Assembly: GCA_051003195.1 (NCBI GenBank)
Contig: JBPCLP010000018.1
Span: 1 to 51,997 of the forward strand
Origin: Candidatus Sumerlaeaceae bacterium
GTDB taxonomy: Bacteria > Sumerlaeota > Sumerlaeia > Sumerlaeales > Sumerlaeaceae
Direction of reading: 5' to 3'
Length of the DNA stretch: 51,997 nt
The translations under genes and the position numbers were made by a program. Of this stretch, positions 16,909 to 26,301 are shown piece by piece (position 1 is the first letter of the stretch; every line of letters begins with the position of its first letter). The notes beneath the pieces were generated by a model. The model was not told the origin of the DNA and did no database searches. It saw only the letters and a list, made by a program, of their open reading frames with translations.

Positions 16909-18684
16909 ATGATGATGCGTTCTAGCTTCCTTACCGCCATGCTCAGCGCAATGCTGGCCACCGGCTGGGCACAACCCGGCCAGGTTGATTCACCAGACGA
17001 AACAGCGCCTGCGCCCACCGTCACCATTGACGGCAAGCAGGTCTCAGATGAGGAACTTACATCTTTTTCGCTGCTGCTGGAAACAACCGAGGGTCGAGGG
17101 CCCGCGCAGCGTATCGAGCTCGTAGAGGAGTATATTCTCACACAGCTGCACCGGGAGCTGAAAACGACGGTGCCCATGGAGGCAACCGACAGCACTTCGC
17201 CCTACAAGTATTCGTCAATGGGACAGCGACAGATCCTCAAATCGGCAATGCAGCGCGAGGTCGCTAAGAACATCAAGGTGCCCCGCAGCGACATGGAAGC
17301 GTGGTACAAGACCAACCAAAGCAAGTACGTTACCCCGGCACGCGTGAAAGCGTACCACTTGTTCATGGAAACTTCGCGCGATGAACCGTCGAGCGCGCCT
17401 GATAAGGTGCGTGCGCGGATAGTGAAAGTAAAAGCGGACGCGGATAAGGGCACTTCGTTCGGGCTGCTTGCTTCGAAAAACAGCGAGGCATCCAGCGCAA
17501 AGTTCGGCGGGGAAATCGGTTACATAACGCCGCAAATGCCGATCGGCCCGCAGAACAAGCCCATGAACATCGTTCTCGAGAACACGTTGTTTAGCCTGGA
17601 TCCAGGTAAGGTCTCCGATGTCGTACAGACCAGCCATGGCCTCCACCTGCTCTACATTTCAGAGAAAAGCACAACACAAACTCCCACGCTCGACGACCTG
17701 GTCACCAGCGGAATTCTGCCGGGCGCTGTGTCGAACGAGCATGTGACTTCCGAGATCAAGCGCCTGATTGCGGAGACGACAAAAAAACATAACGGCGAAC
17801 TAGCGAACACATCCGGCACGCAGGATCAGCTCACGACGAAGACACCGGCATTCAAGTTCGACGGCAAAACGTACACGATCGCGGACATGGAAAACCTGTA
17901 CGGCGCCCGGTTCACGAGGTTCTACCAGCGCGCACAGGGAAATCCGGCCGCGCTTCAGGATCTGCTGAAGCAGGGCATGGAAGACGAAGCCCTGGTACTG
18001 GCCGCCGTGGATGCGGGCCTGGATAAATCCCCAGAGAACACGACCCAACTTGATATGGTCGGTAAACGAGCCGCAGCAGTGAAACATATACAGAAGATCA
18101 TTGCTGAGCAATACCCCGTACTCGCGGAACGCGCCCAGCAGATTTACGAGGAGCAAAAAGAGCAGACGCGGCAACCCGAAGCAGAGGGCGAGATTCTCGT
18201 TGCGAAGGCTAAAGATGCAGCGTCACCAGCCGATGCAGGGCGCTATCGCGAGCTTGCTCAAAAGCAGGCGACCGCTGCGCGCGAGCTGTTGAAGCAGAAC
18301 GAGAGTTTTGAATCCGTGGCAAAGAAGGTCGCAACCAGGGATGTCGAGACGACGACAGGGCGTGTGGCAAGGCACGTGTCAGGCCAGGCCACAGATTTGC
18401 TGGGTCGTGCGTTCGACCAGGCGACGGCTGGTGCGAAGGAGAACGAGATCAGCGAAGTGTCTCCTGTTGGTAACGATTCGGCTGTCGCTAAGCTGGTAAA
18501 GCGCTATCCGGGCGAACCTGTACCGTTCGAGCGCGTCCGGGGACGGCTCATGCAGCAGGCGCAAATGGAAAATGATCGTCGTGCGCGCAAGGATCTCGTC
18601 CGCCAGCTTCAAGACAATGGCCGTGTGAAGATCACGACGAATGAAAGTACCGGCACTGCAACCACGGGGCAGACGTCCCGCTAA
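16909..18684 (+). CDS. Periplasmic parvulin-type peptidyl-prolyl isomerase / SurA-PrsA-like chaperone
   Basis: GAGG RBS and signal peptide (MMMRSSFLTAMLSAMLATGWA). Rotamase motifs VKAYHLF, SFGLLA..SE..S...GGEIGY, GKVSDVVQTSHGLHLL; a second, degenerate rotamase domain follows. Confidence 0.85.
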   Translation: MMMRSSFLTAMLSAMLATGWAQPGQVDSPDETAPAPTVTIDGKQVSDEELTSFSLLLETTEGRGPAQRIELVEEYILTQLHRELKTTVPMEATDSTSPYKYSSMGQRQILKSAMQREVAKNIKVPRSDMEAWYKTNQSKYVTPARVKAYHLFMETSRDEPSSAPDKVRARIVKVKADADKGTSFGLLASKNSEASSAKFGGEIGYITPQMPIGPQNKPMNIVLENTLFSLDPGKVSDVVQTSHGLHLLYISEKSTTQTPTLDDLVTSGILPGAVSNEHVTSEIKRLIAETTKKHNGELANTSGTQDQLTTKTPAFKFDGKTYTIADMENLYGARFTRFYQRAQGNPAALQDLLKQGMEDEALVLAAVDAGLDKSPENTTQLDMVGKRAAAVKHIQKIIAEQYPVLAERAQQIYEEQKEQTRQPEAEGEILVAKAKDAASPADAGRYRELAQKQATAARELLKQNESFESVAKKVATRDVETTTGRVARHVSGQATDLLGRAFDQATAGAKENEISEVSPVGNDSAVAKLVKRYPGEPVPFERVRGRLMQQAQMENDRRARKDLVRQLQDNGRVKITTNESTGTATTGQTSR

Positions 18685-18707
18685 ACCACCTGCTTTACCT
18701 CAGCTAT

Positions 18708-18738
18708 GAAACGCGGGCCCCGTGCCCGCGTTTTCTTT
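18708..18738. terminator. Intrinsic terminator (likely bidirectional)
   Basis: AAACGCGGGC-loop-GCCCGCGTTT followed by TCTTT, between convergent genes. Confidence 0.75.
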
Positions 18739-18739
18739 G

Positions 18740-19501
18740 TCAGGTGACGGAATTGTGATCGAAGATGCGCTTCAAACCGACCAGCGTCAGGTCGGGATTG
18801 AACTGATCAACGACACTGCAAACGCCCTTGAGGTGCCTGGCTCCGCCACCTGTTGCGACAACCAGCGGCGTGTAGCCAAGTTGCTGGCAGACTTCCTTCA
18901 CCAGCCTCTCGATCCCTCCCGCGAGCCCAAAGACTATGCCTGCACGAATCCCCTCCTCCGTGGTCTTTGCAATCGCATTGACGGAACCCTGGATTTCCAC
19001 CTGCGGCAGCGCGGCAGTGTTATTGGTTAAAGCCGCCGCGATTAAATCGGGTCCCGCCCAGATCGCACCGCCTGCGAAACCGTTTGTCTCCGTCAGTACG
19101 TCAATCGTCACGGCCGTTCCGACGTCGACCACAATCGCCGGTGCGCCTGGTGTCACATAGGCGCCGACAGCGTTGGCGAGCCGGTCTACTCCCACTGTAT
19201 GCGGCGTTGCGTACTCATTACGGATCGGCAGGCGAGTCGCTGAAGTGACAACGAATGGTGCGATTCCAAGTTCCTGCAGCGCACTTTCGCAAACCGATGT
19301 TGCTGAACTCACAACCGACCCGACAACGGTGGCGCTTACGCGCTGCTGAATTGGCTCCAGCAGCCCCTGGATTTGACGGTTTAAAGCAGCCGTTGGAAGC
19401 CGCCACGTTTGCGCGATAACGTCCCCTTCAAAGATCGCCAGTTTGCACGACGAGTTGCCGATGTCGACGGCCAGTACAAGGTCCCTCATGTCAAACGCCA
19501 T
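18740..19501 (-). CDS. coaX: Type III pantothenate kinase
   Basis: AVDIGNS, GSVV, VGVDRLAN, VDVGTAVTID, GGAI..G, ATGG, PDLTLVGL. Confidence 0.95.
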   Translation of the reverse strand: MAFDMRDLVLAVDIGNSSCKLAIFEGDVIAQTWRLPTAALNRQIQGLLEPIQQRVSATVVGSVVSSATSVCESALQELGIAPFVVTSATRLPIRNEYATPHTVGVDRLANAVGAYVTPGAPAIVVDVGTAVTIDVLTETNGFAGGAIWAGPDLIAAALTNNTAALPQVEIQGSVNAIAKTTEEGIRAGIVFGLAGGIERLVKEVCQQLGYTPLVVATGGGARHLKGVCSVVDQFNPDLTLVGLKRIFDHNSVT

Positions 19502-20282
19502 CAACCTGCAAAACGTCTCCACTATGAATCACCCGTTCCATTCCGGTCTCGGTCCGCAGCACCAGCGCGCCTTCGGGCGTGACTCCACAGGCCACACCCA
19601 ACGCGGTACCCGATGCGGTGCTCACCTGGATGTGGGTTCCAAGAGTTTCACATAACAGATTCATGCGCGCCAGGGCCGTGTCCGGGTTTGCCAGTAGTTG
19701 TGCAAGCTGTAGAAAGAACGCGGCCAGCAATTGGGCTGTGTTAATTTCCCTGGCAGCTTCAATTCGAATCGACGTTGCCGCCATCCGCGTTGCCTCAGGA
19801 AGTTCCGATGCATCCTGGTTCGTGTTTAACCCGATACCTAGTATGGCAAAGGTCCGTTGCTGGACGGTAACGGACTCGATTAGAATGCCACTCACCTTCT
19901 TGTGATTTAGAAGCACGTCATTCGGAAACTTAATGCGCGGTGAAAGCCGGGTCTCATTCTCAATCGCGGCGCAAATTGCAACTGGAACGGCGATGGCAAG
20001 CTGTCTCGCCGACAGCAGCGAGCCGGGCTCGTTTTGAGCAGGCAGGATGAAGCTGAATAGAAGAGACGTTCCGGGTGGTGCGACCCAGCGCCTGTCAAAG
20101 CGGCCGCGCCCTGCGCTCTGGTAATTCGCAATAACAAGCGTTCCCTCCAGGTCGAGACTGCCATTGGCGCGCGTGATCAGTGCCTTGGCCCAGTCGGATG
20201 TGGAGGCGAGCTCGTCAAATACGTAGATGCGACGCACCAGCGCAATACCGGCAAGAGCTTCGCGAACTTCTTCAGGGCGCAC
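19491..20282 (-). CDS. birA: Biotin--[acetyl-CoA-carboxylase] ligase (no HTH)
   Basis: STS, QSAGRGRFDRRW, KFPND, KKVSGILIE, GIGLN, GALVL…SGDV. AGGAG RBS before GTG 20282. Confidence 0.93.
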   Translation of the reverse strand: MRPEEVREALAGIALVRRIYVFDELASTSDWAKALITRANGSLDLEGTLVIANYQSAGRGRFDRRWVAPPGTSLLFSFILPAQNEPGSLLSARQLAIAVPVAICAAIENETRLSPRIKFPNDVLLNHKKVSGILIESVTVQQRTFAILGIGLNTNQDASELPEATRMAATSIRIEAAREINTAQLLAAFFLQLAQLLANPDTALARMNLLCETLGTHIQVSTASGTALGVACGVTPEGALVLRTETGMERVIHSGDVLQVDGV

Positions 20283-21471
20283 GCATCTCTCCTTGTAACC
20301 CGAGCACCGAATCAATCCCGCCAATAAAAGCCGCTACCATGTTTTCCAGCGTGAGGTGGTGAATCGTCGGATAAATTGCGGCCCGCGATTCCCGTGACGC
20401 AAACCGCGCCTCAATGCTCGCAAAAGACGCAGCACAATCCCGGGCAGATGCATCGCCGGGAAGTATGTATGAATTCAGCGGGTTCACATATTCCCATTCC
20501 GGGCTATGCACTGGAAGGTTAAACACCACTGCAGGCAAGTCGTAACAGAACGCCTGGAGAGGCGCCAGCCCGACATATCCGGGCATGATGAAGAAGTCAC
20601 TGCTGGTGAAAATCGGGGCGAGCTGCTCCCTGTTGGTGACCGCACCAAAGTGCGTGATCGCATCACTCCCCATCCGTGAGCGCGCTTCCATGAGCCGAGC
20701 TTCTTCCGGGCCTGTTCCAACGGAAAACAGATGATACTTGCCATGATGCATTCGCAGGAGATGTTCAAAGCTCTCCAGCAGGAAATCGATCCGTTTGCCC
20801 GGCAGCAATCTTCCGACGTGCAGCAATACCGTGCGATCGCCGACGCCGAAATTTGCCCGGAACTGGTCGCGTTTGTGCGCGTGCGACTCGGCGGCCGCCC
20901 GTTCGGCCTTTATGTCGATGGTGTTATTAAGCACATGAATCTTCGACGGCGCGAAACCAAGTTTAAGCAACTCATGCTTGCCTCCGTTCGTGTATGCAAA
21001 AAATGCATCGCAGCCACGCAGGTACGTTGCCTTTACGGATTCGCTCGCGCGCTTCACAATACCGGCGGATTTCACGTTCATATCCCGCACATGTCCCCAG
21101 AACACTCGCTTCTTCCCGGCGAACTTATACAGGCTTGCCGCCGGGTACGTGATGTTGGAAAGGTGGGTGTCCGTGACGATAACATCGTAATTACGTGCCC
21201 TCGTCCAGAAGTGCTGCCATACGAGTTTACGGCCAGCCAGCGTTAGCGTACTGGTGCGAACATCCAGGATTGGAAATCGGAACGTGCGATGATCCACCCG
21301 CTCCTGGAAGATGGTGGGATTCTCACTCTCGCGGCAATCAAAGACAACCTCGAAAGTCCAGGTGGCTGGGCGCATCTGTTCCAGAAGTTCGTAAAACCGA
21401 ACACGATAATGCGGAATGGTCGACTGATGTGCGATGAGCACGCGCCTGACGTTATTCTCCCGCGCGGTCAT
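20272..21471 (-). CDS. Glycosyltransferase family 4
   Basis: IPHYR, WGH, N.ID, VGRL..GKRID, VGTGPE, PG.VGL (GT-B/GT4 pattern). Confidence 0.88.
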   Translation of the reverse strand: MTARENNVRRVLIAHQSTIPHYRVRFYELLEQMRPATWTFEVVFDCRESENPTIFQERVDHRTFRFPILDVRTSTLTLAGRKLVWQHFWTRARNYDVIVTDTHLSNITYPAASLYKFAGKKRVFWGHVRDMNVKSAGIVKRASESVKATYLRGCDAFFAYTNGGKHELLKLGFAPSKIHVLNNTIDIKAERAAAESHAHKRDQFRANFGVGDRTVLLHVGRLLPGKRIDFLLESFEHLLRMHHGKYHLFSVGTGPEEARLMEARSRMGSDAITHFGAVTNREQLAPIFTSSDFFIMPGYVGLAPLQAFCYDLPAVVFNLPVHSPEWEYVNPLNSYILPGDASARDCAASFASIEARFASRESRAAIYPTIHHLTLENMVAAFIGGIDSVLGLQGEMRAP

Positions 21472-21481
21472 TGTGCGTGGC

Positions 21482-21523
21482 AAAACGAAAGCGCCGCAGG
21501 AACAGTGTTCATTCCCGCGGCGC
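21482..21523 (-). terminator. Intrinsic terminator downstream of atpG
   Basis: Minus strand GCGCCGCGGGAA-loop-TTCCTGCGGCGC followed by TTTCGTTTT. Confidence 0.65.
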
Positions 21524-21560
21524 CCATCGTGTAAAATTTTGCACGCCGAAAATACGCCTG

Positions 21561-21657
21561 GTGTGCCGAATCAGAAGTTCCTATCCAGTTTGAGCGCGGA
21601 AGATGAGCTCTATTCGGCACACAGAACCGAATACGAATTAACGGTAGACCACACTAG
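21561..21657 (-). repeat. Remnant of a CTAGTGTGGT-ended element with an internal 11-bp inverted repeat
   Basis: Minus strand CTAGTGTGGT-N9-ATTCGT starts on the atpG TAG, matching the uppS element. GTGTGCCGAAT (21561-21571) pairs with ATTCGGCACAC (21612-21622). Confidence 0.5.
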
Positions 21658-22526
21658 CCTTTGAGCGCCTCCGCGCCGCCCACAATCTCGAGGATTTCCT
21701 TTGTGATAGCCGCCTGGCGCGCCTGGTTCATCGTGAGTGAGATCGACGTAATCAGCTCCTCACAGTTTTTGGTGGCCGAGCTCATCGACACCATTCGCGC
21801 GCTGTGCTCGGCAGCAAACGTTTCCGCCAGCACGATATAAATTTTGCTCTTAATGTAGCGCGGAAGCAGGCTGCCAAGCAAGGTCTCGGGATCCGGTTCA
21901 AGCAGATAATCGGCGGCCATGCCGGTAGCAGCAGGGGTATCGCTCGAAAGCATGCTCTCAGGGTCCAGCGGCAGCAGCTTGTTCAGCGTTGTACGGAACA
22001 CAAGCATCGAGACGAAGGTGTTGTACAGCACCTGGATCTCATCCGTTTCGCCATTGAGAAAGAGATTGGCCAGCCGGTCTGCGATTTCATTGGTCCGCTC
22101 CGACGACAGCTTGCCGCCGAGGTCACTGACCTGGAACAAAATCGGGTACGGGCGAGTTTTGAAATAATCGTAGCCCTTTTTGCCGATACACACCAGGTCC
22201 ATTGAGTCGCTGGCGCGCAGGATTTGCTCCGCCTTTTTGATCAACTGGGCGTTAAACGAGCCCGCCTTCCCGCGATCGGCCGTCACGAGAACCAGGGTGC
22301 GACGCGCAACCGTGCGCTTTTCGAAGTACGGGTGGCTGATGGATCCGCTGCCGGCCAGCCGGCCCAGGAGTTCCTGCAGCTTGGCAGCGTATGGCCGCGC
22401 CGCCATCAACATCTCCTGCGCACGCCGCAATTTTGCGGCGCTCACCATCTCCATGGCACGCGTAATCTTCTTCGTGTTCTTGATCGAGCGCAGCCGCCGC
22501 CGTAACGACTTGACGTTCTCAGCCAT
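21654..22526 (-). CDS. atpG: F1Fo ATP synthase gamma subunit (stand-alone)
   Basis: RLRSIKNTKKITRAMEMVSAAKLRRAQ, TADRG..GSFN, AEHSARMVSMSSATKN, NQARQAAITKEILEIVGGAEAL. Confidence 0.97.
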   Translation of the reverse strand: MAENVKSLRRRLRSIKNTKKITRAMEMVSAAKLRRAQEMLMAARPYAAKLQELLGRLAGSGSISHPYFEKRTVARRTLVLVTADRGKAGSFNAQLIKKAEQILRASDSMDLVCIGKKGYDYFKTRPYPILFQVSDLGGKLSSERTNEIADRLANLFLNGETDEIQVLYNTFVSMLVFRTTLNKLLPLDPESMLSSDTPAATGMAADYLLEPDPETLLGSLLPRYIKSKIYIVLAETFAAEHSARMVSMSSATKNCEELITSISLTMNQARQAAITKEILEIVGGAEALKG

Positions 22527-22644
22527 CTATCAGGTTCACTCCAGTTTTAGAACTTAACCAGCAGGACAAACAAACCCTTGGCTTCCGTATCCTATTACCC
22601 CCAGGCAACGGAAATTCTATGCGTTTAACTAGTGGAAATCAGGC

Positions 22645-23742
22645 GTGACAGGCGTGCGCAAGCTGCTTTTTGTCATGGGTACCAGGCCTGAGGCAATCAA
22701 GCTGGCTCCCGTGGTGCTGGAAGCGCAGCGAACTCCAGGGTCCCAGGCCCGGATTTGTGCCACGGCACAGCACCGTGAGCTGCTGGATCAGGTGTTGCAG
22801 GTGTTTGGCTTACGTCCTAATTTTGACCTGGACCTGATGCGTCCCGGACAGTCGCTCCACGACCTGACGTCGCGATTGTTTTCCGCCCTGCCGGGCATTC
22901 TCGAACAGGCGCAGCCAGATGCCGTCATTGTCCAGGGCGATACTACAACGGCGTTCGCGGCAGCAACAGCCGCTTTCTATCAACGAATACCAGTCGCGCA
23001 CGTGGAAGCCGGCCTTCGCTCCGGCAATTTAGCAGCTCCATTTCCCGAAGAGGGAAACCGTAAGCTGATCAGCGCCATCGCCACCTGGCACTTCGCGCCC
23101 ACGCAACATGCATTCGACCAATTGCTTGCTGAGCAAATTCCATCCGAACGTGTGTGGCTGACGGGCAACACCGTCGTAGACGCGCTTCAGTTAATATTGG
23201 CCAGGCTGCCCAGCCCGAACATCGACCCGCTTGACCGTCGCATGATTCTGGTGACGGGACACCGGCGCGAAAGCTTCGGCAGGGGCATGCAGGATTTCAG
23301 CGAAGCACTGAGGCAGATTGCATCGAAACATCCGGATGTTCGCATAGTTTACCCCGTGCACCCGAATCCCAACGTGCTCGAGCCGGTGAAATCTGCACTC
23401 TCATCGTGTGCAAATGTTGAGCTGATCGCGCCGGTCGACTACCTGGAGTTCCTGCGATTGCTGCAACAGTGCACTTTTGTGATCACGGATAGCGGTGGTG
23501 TGCAGGAAGAAGCGCCCGTGCTCGGCAAACCCGTGCTCGTGACACGTGAGGTAACCGAGCGCATCGAGGCAGTGAACGCGGGTAGTGCCAGGCTTGTGGG
23601 CACCGATACAAAGAAGATTGTGGATGCCGCCGAAGAACTGCTTACCGACGCCGCCGTATACGACCGGATGTCACGCGTGCAGAATCCCTTCGGTGATGGG
23701 CATGCCGCTGAGCGGATCGTAAAAGTGCTCGCAGGCCAGTAA
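22645..23742 (+). CDS. wecB: UDP-N-acetylglucosamine 2-epimerase (non-hydrolysing)
   Basis: GTRPEAIKLAP, QHRE, VQGDTTT, HVEAGLRS, PFPEE.NR, HRRES, DSGGVQEEAP, NPFGDG. Confidence 0.96.
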   Translation: MTGVRKLLFVMGTRPEAIKLAPVVLEAQRTPGSQARICATAQHRELLDQVLQVFGLRPNFDLDLMRPGQSLHDLTSRLFSALPGILEQAQPDAVIVQGDTTTAFAAATAAFYQRIPVAHVEAGLRSGNLAAPFPEEGNRKLISAIATWHFAPTQHAFDQLLAEQIPSERVWLTGNTVVDALQLILARLPSPNIDPLDRRMILVTGHRRESFGRGMQDFSEALRQIASKHPDVRIVYPVHPNPNVLEPVKSALSSCANVELIAPVDYLEFLRLLQQCTFVITDSGGVQEEAPVLGKPVLVTREVTERIEAVNAGSARLVGTDTKKIVDAAEELLTDAAVYDRMSRVQNPFGDGHAAERIVKVLAGQ

Positions 23743-23775
23743 CTACTTCCGGCGAAGAACGTCTAATGATGCAGC

Positions 23776-24843
23776 TCAGTCTCGCCGCAAGGCGTCGACG
23801 ACCAGCTCCTGGAATGCCTCCGCCTGGTCCATCTGCACCGTCTGCGTCAGCAGATAAATTGCCGGTGAATCCGGGAGTTTCATGTCGAGCAGTTTAACCG
23901 CATCTTTAGCCGTTGTAACAATAGCTTCGGCGGATTCCCCAACTGCAAAATCCATAATTTGTGCAAGGTCACGGTAGTCGTAGGACTGATGGTCCGGGAA
24001 AGGTTTGCCCGCGACGTCGGCACCCAGCGCGCGCAAAGTGCCGAAAAAGTTATCCGGGTTGGCAATCCCGGCGAACGCTGCGATTTTCATCCCGGGAAGA
24101 TCTGAGAAATCGATGTCTCCCTTCCGCGACTGCCCGCCGAGGCGCGTGAGGCCTTCCGGGATAAACCGCGCAGCGAATTGCGGAACCCATGGAGCAATTT
24201 TGGATACTCGGGTGCGATTGGACCGGTAATAATCCTTCTTATGTGCGACTGCTTCGGGATGTCCAACTTTCGTATGAACCACACAAGTCGCGCGGCGCAG
24301 CGCCGAAAGGGGCTCGCGACGCGTGCCGGCCGGCATAAGCCGCGTTTTTGACAGGTCCACCGTCGCATCCACGAGAACGATGTCGCAGTCGCGGTGCAGG
24401 CGCAGGTGCTGAAATCCATCGTCGAGTATGATCGAATCACACAAGCCGCTGTCGGCGAGGGTTTCACAAGCCTTCAGCCGGTCCGAACAAACTGCGACCG
24501 CGATACCCTTCAGCATATGGGCAAGCAACACCGGCTCGTCGCCACCCTCTGCAGGACTGGCAAGAATTTCCGACCCATCGCTTACCAGTACAAACTGATC
24601 TTCGGGTGTTTCACGCTTGTAGCCGCGGCTGACGATTGCCGGCCATAGACCCCAGCTTGGCATCAGGCGGGCGAGATATTCGACCATGGGCGTTTTGCCC
24701 GTGCCGCCGGCAGACAGGTTCCCAATACAGATTACAGGAACCGGCGCATGGCGAGCCGTGAATGGTACAACACCAGCCGAATAAAGTCTTCGCCGAGCCT
24801 CAACCACACCCCCATAAAGACCAGAAGCCAACTGCAGGATCAT
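23776..24843 (-). CDS. lpxK: Tetraacyldisaccharide (lipid A) 4'-kinase
   Basis: VICIGNLSAGGTGKTP, SRGY, GDEP, LDDGFQH, PAG..RE, AGIANP, FPDH, TTAKDAVK. GGAGG RBS. Confidence 0.95.
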   Translation of the reverse strand: MILQLASGLYGGVVEARRRLYSAGVVPFTARHAPVPVICIGNLSAGGTGKTPMVEYLARLMPSWGLWPAIVSRGYKRETPEDQFVLVSDGSEILASPAEGGDEPVLLAHMLKGIAVAVCSDRLKACETLADSGLCDSIILDDGFQHLRLHRDCDIVLVDATVDLSKTRLMPAGTRREPLSALRRATCVVHTKVGHPEAVAHKKDYYRSNRTRVSKIAPWVPQFAARFIPEGLTRLGGQSRKGDIDFSDLPGMKIAAFAGIANPDNFFGTLRALGADVAGKPFPDHQSYDYRDLAQIMDFAVGESAEAIVTTAKDAVKLLDMKLPDSPAIYLLTQTVQMDQAEAFQELVVDALRRD

Positions 24844-25040
24844 GCAGTTAAATCCTCCAGGATATAAGGGTTGGCCTGCGCCATGGGTTCCGCTGTAAAC
24901 AAAGTGTACACCCTTCGCTCCGGCATATGGTTAATCAGCTTCATACACCGTGTACCCCGGTTCATCGCAAATCAATGGTTTAATATTCCTTAAAGAGTAG
25001 TATTTTCGAGCGTGAGGCAGCCATACGCGGCTTAAGCGAT

Positions 25041-25895
25041 TTACCGTCCCATCAGGTCCTCGTTCGCTTTGCATACCCGCAGGTAGATTTCCATCCCGGG
25101 CTGTTCGTAACCTTTCCATGCGTAGGGGTCCGTGCCTGCCACCAGGATGATGCTGCGCCGGTCCGCGATCGCCACGCGTTCGCCTTCCTTCAGTTCCCAC
25201 GGCAAAAGGCTGTAGGCGTTCATGTAGTGACTGACAAGCGCGCGGCGATAGTCGTTACTCGACCGGTTCCTGAGCGAGCGATGCAGCAAATAGCCGTTGA
25301 AGAACACTACAGCGCCAGCGCGCACTTCGACCGGCACAGCGGCAGAATCGTCGAAGCCGAAGCTCTCCTGCGCACTGTCGAATTCGTCAGGGTTGTCGTG
25401 CTGCTTTTGCGGATAAAGGTAGCCCTTCTCATGACTGCCCGGGATGACCCAAAGACAGCCATTCTCCTGGGTTGCGTCATCCATCGCTATCCACGCCCCG
25501 CAGAGCGAGCGATCGCGGGTCGGAATATAAATTTCGTCCTGGTGCCACGCCTGCCCCTGGAATCCAGGGGGTTTCACAAATAGCATGCTCTGCATACATT
25601 TCACGTCCGGGCCGATAATCTGTGTGAGCACTTCGACGATCGCTGGATGCTTGATGAACTCAGTGATGACGGGACTAAGGTGGTGCGGCATATGGATGCA
25701 GAGGATGCGCCGCTGGACCTCATCATCGGACATCGATTCCGGCAACGGCTTCAGCGACTCTGACGGGTAGCGCCCCCGTGCCAGGTCCGCCGAATCGCGA
25801 CGCAGACGTTCGATCTCGCCGGGGGTAATGAGGTCGGGAACAACAAGGTACCCGTCGCGACGATAGTTGTCCAGCTGGCAGTCTGTGGAAATCAT
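25041..25895 (-). CDS. Phytanoyl-CoA dioxygenase (PhyH) family Fe(II)/2OG oxygenase
   Basis: DGYLVV, KPPG, WHQD, WIAMDDAT.ENGCL.VIPGSH, HRS..N.S..YRR. Confidence 0.9.
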   Translation of the reverse strand: MISTDCQLDNYRRDGYLVVPDLITPGEIERLRRDSADLARGRYPSESLKPLPESMSDDEVQRRILCIHMPHHLSPVITEFIKHPAIVEVLTQIIGPDVKCMQSMLFVKPPGFQGQAWHQDEIYIPTRDRSLCGAWIAMDDATQENGCLWVIPGSHEKGYLYPQKQHDNPDEFDSAQESFGFDDSAAVPVEVRAGAVVFFNGYLLHRSLRNRSSNDYRRALVSHYMNAYSLLPWELKEGERVAIADRRSIILVAGTDPYAWKGYEQPGMEIYLRVCKANEDLMGR

Positions 25896-26301
25896 GAAAC
25901 ATTACATGGGACCGCTGGACGGGCTTTGCAAGGGGCGACCACGCCATGCCATGGCCTAACGAGAAACTTCGAGCCATTCCCTGGAAAGATCCGCACTGGT
26001 GCGACTGCAACAATGCCGTGCTCCAATTGTAATCGCGCGCGGAAAAATGAAGCGCATTTGGAAGATCGATTAAGGCAGTCCGGAATTAGCATCGACCGCC
26101 ATCGAGCTAAACGCCATTACAAAATCGCGTACTACCCTTATGATAGGATCCTACGCCCTCGCCGGTGAAAATTCTATTGCGAACAGCACCCACGGGATCT
26201 GTCTATAGCAGGGGCGGCAAATATTAGTGAGTTTTAACCGCTTGATGGGCTTCTCGCCTACGGTGATGCCACAAGTTCAAGCAGGGAGCGGGCTTAAGGG
26301 C

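Noticed and set aside
24840..24944. 34-aa upstream ORF overlapping the lpxK start (ATGA)
   Set aside because: No RBS or conserved feature evident; lpxK has its own GGAGG RBS.
25926..26168. 80-aa ORF with CSNCNRARK (HNH-like fragment) beside the R-M genes, and a GCCTAAC attC-like core at 25954-25960
   Set aside because: No preceding DH..P/GG/N HNH elements, no RBS, and no paired attC inverse core or hairpin found.
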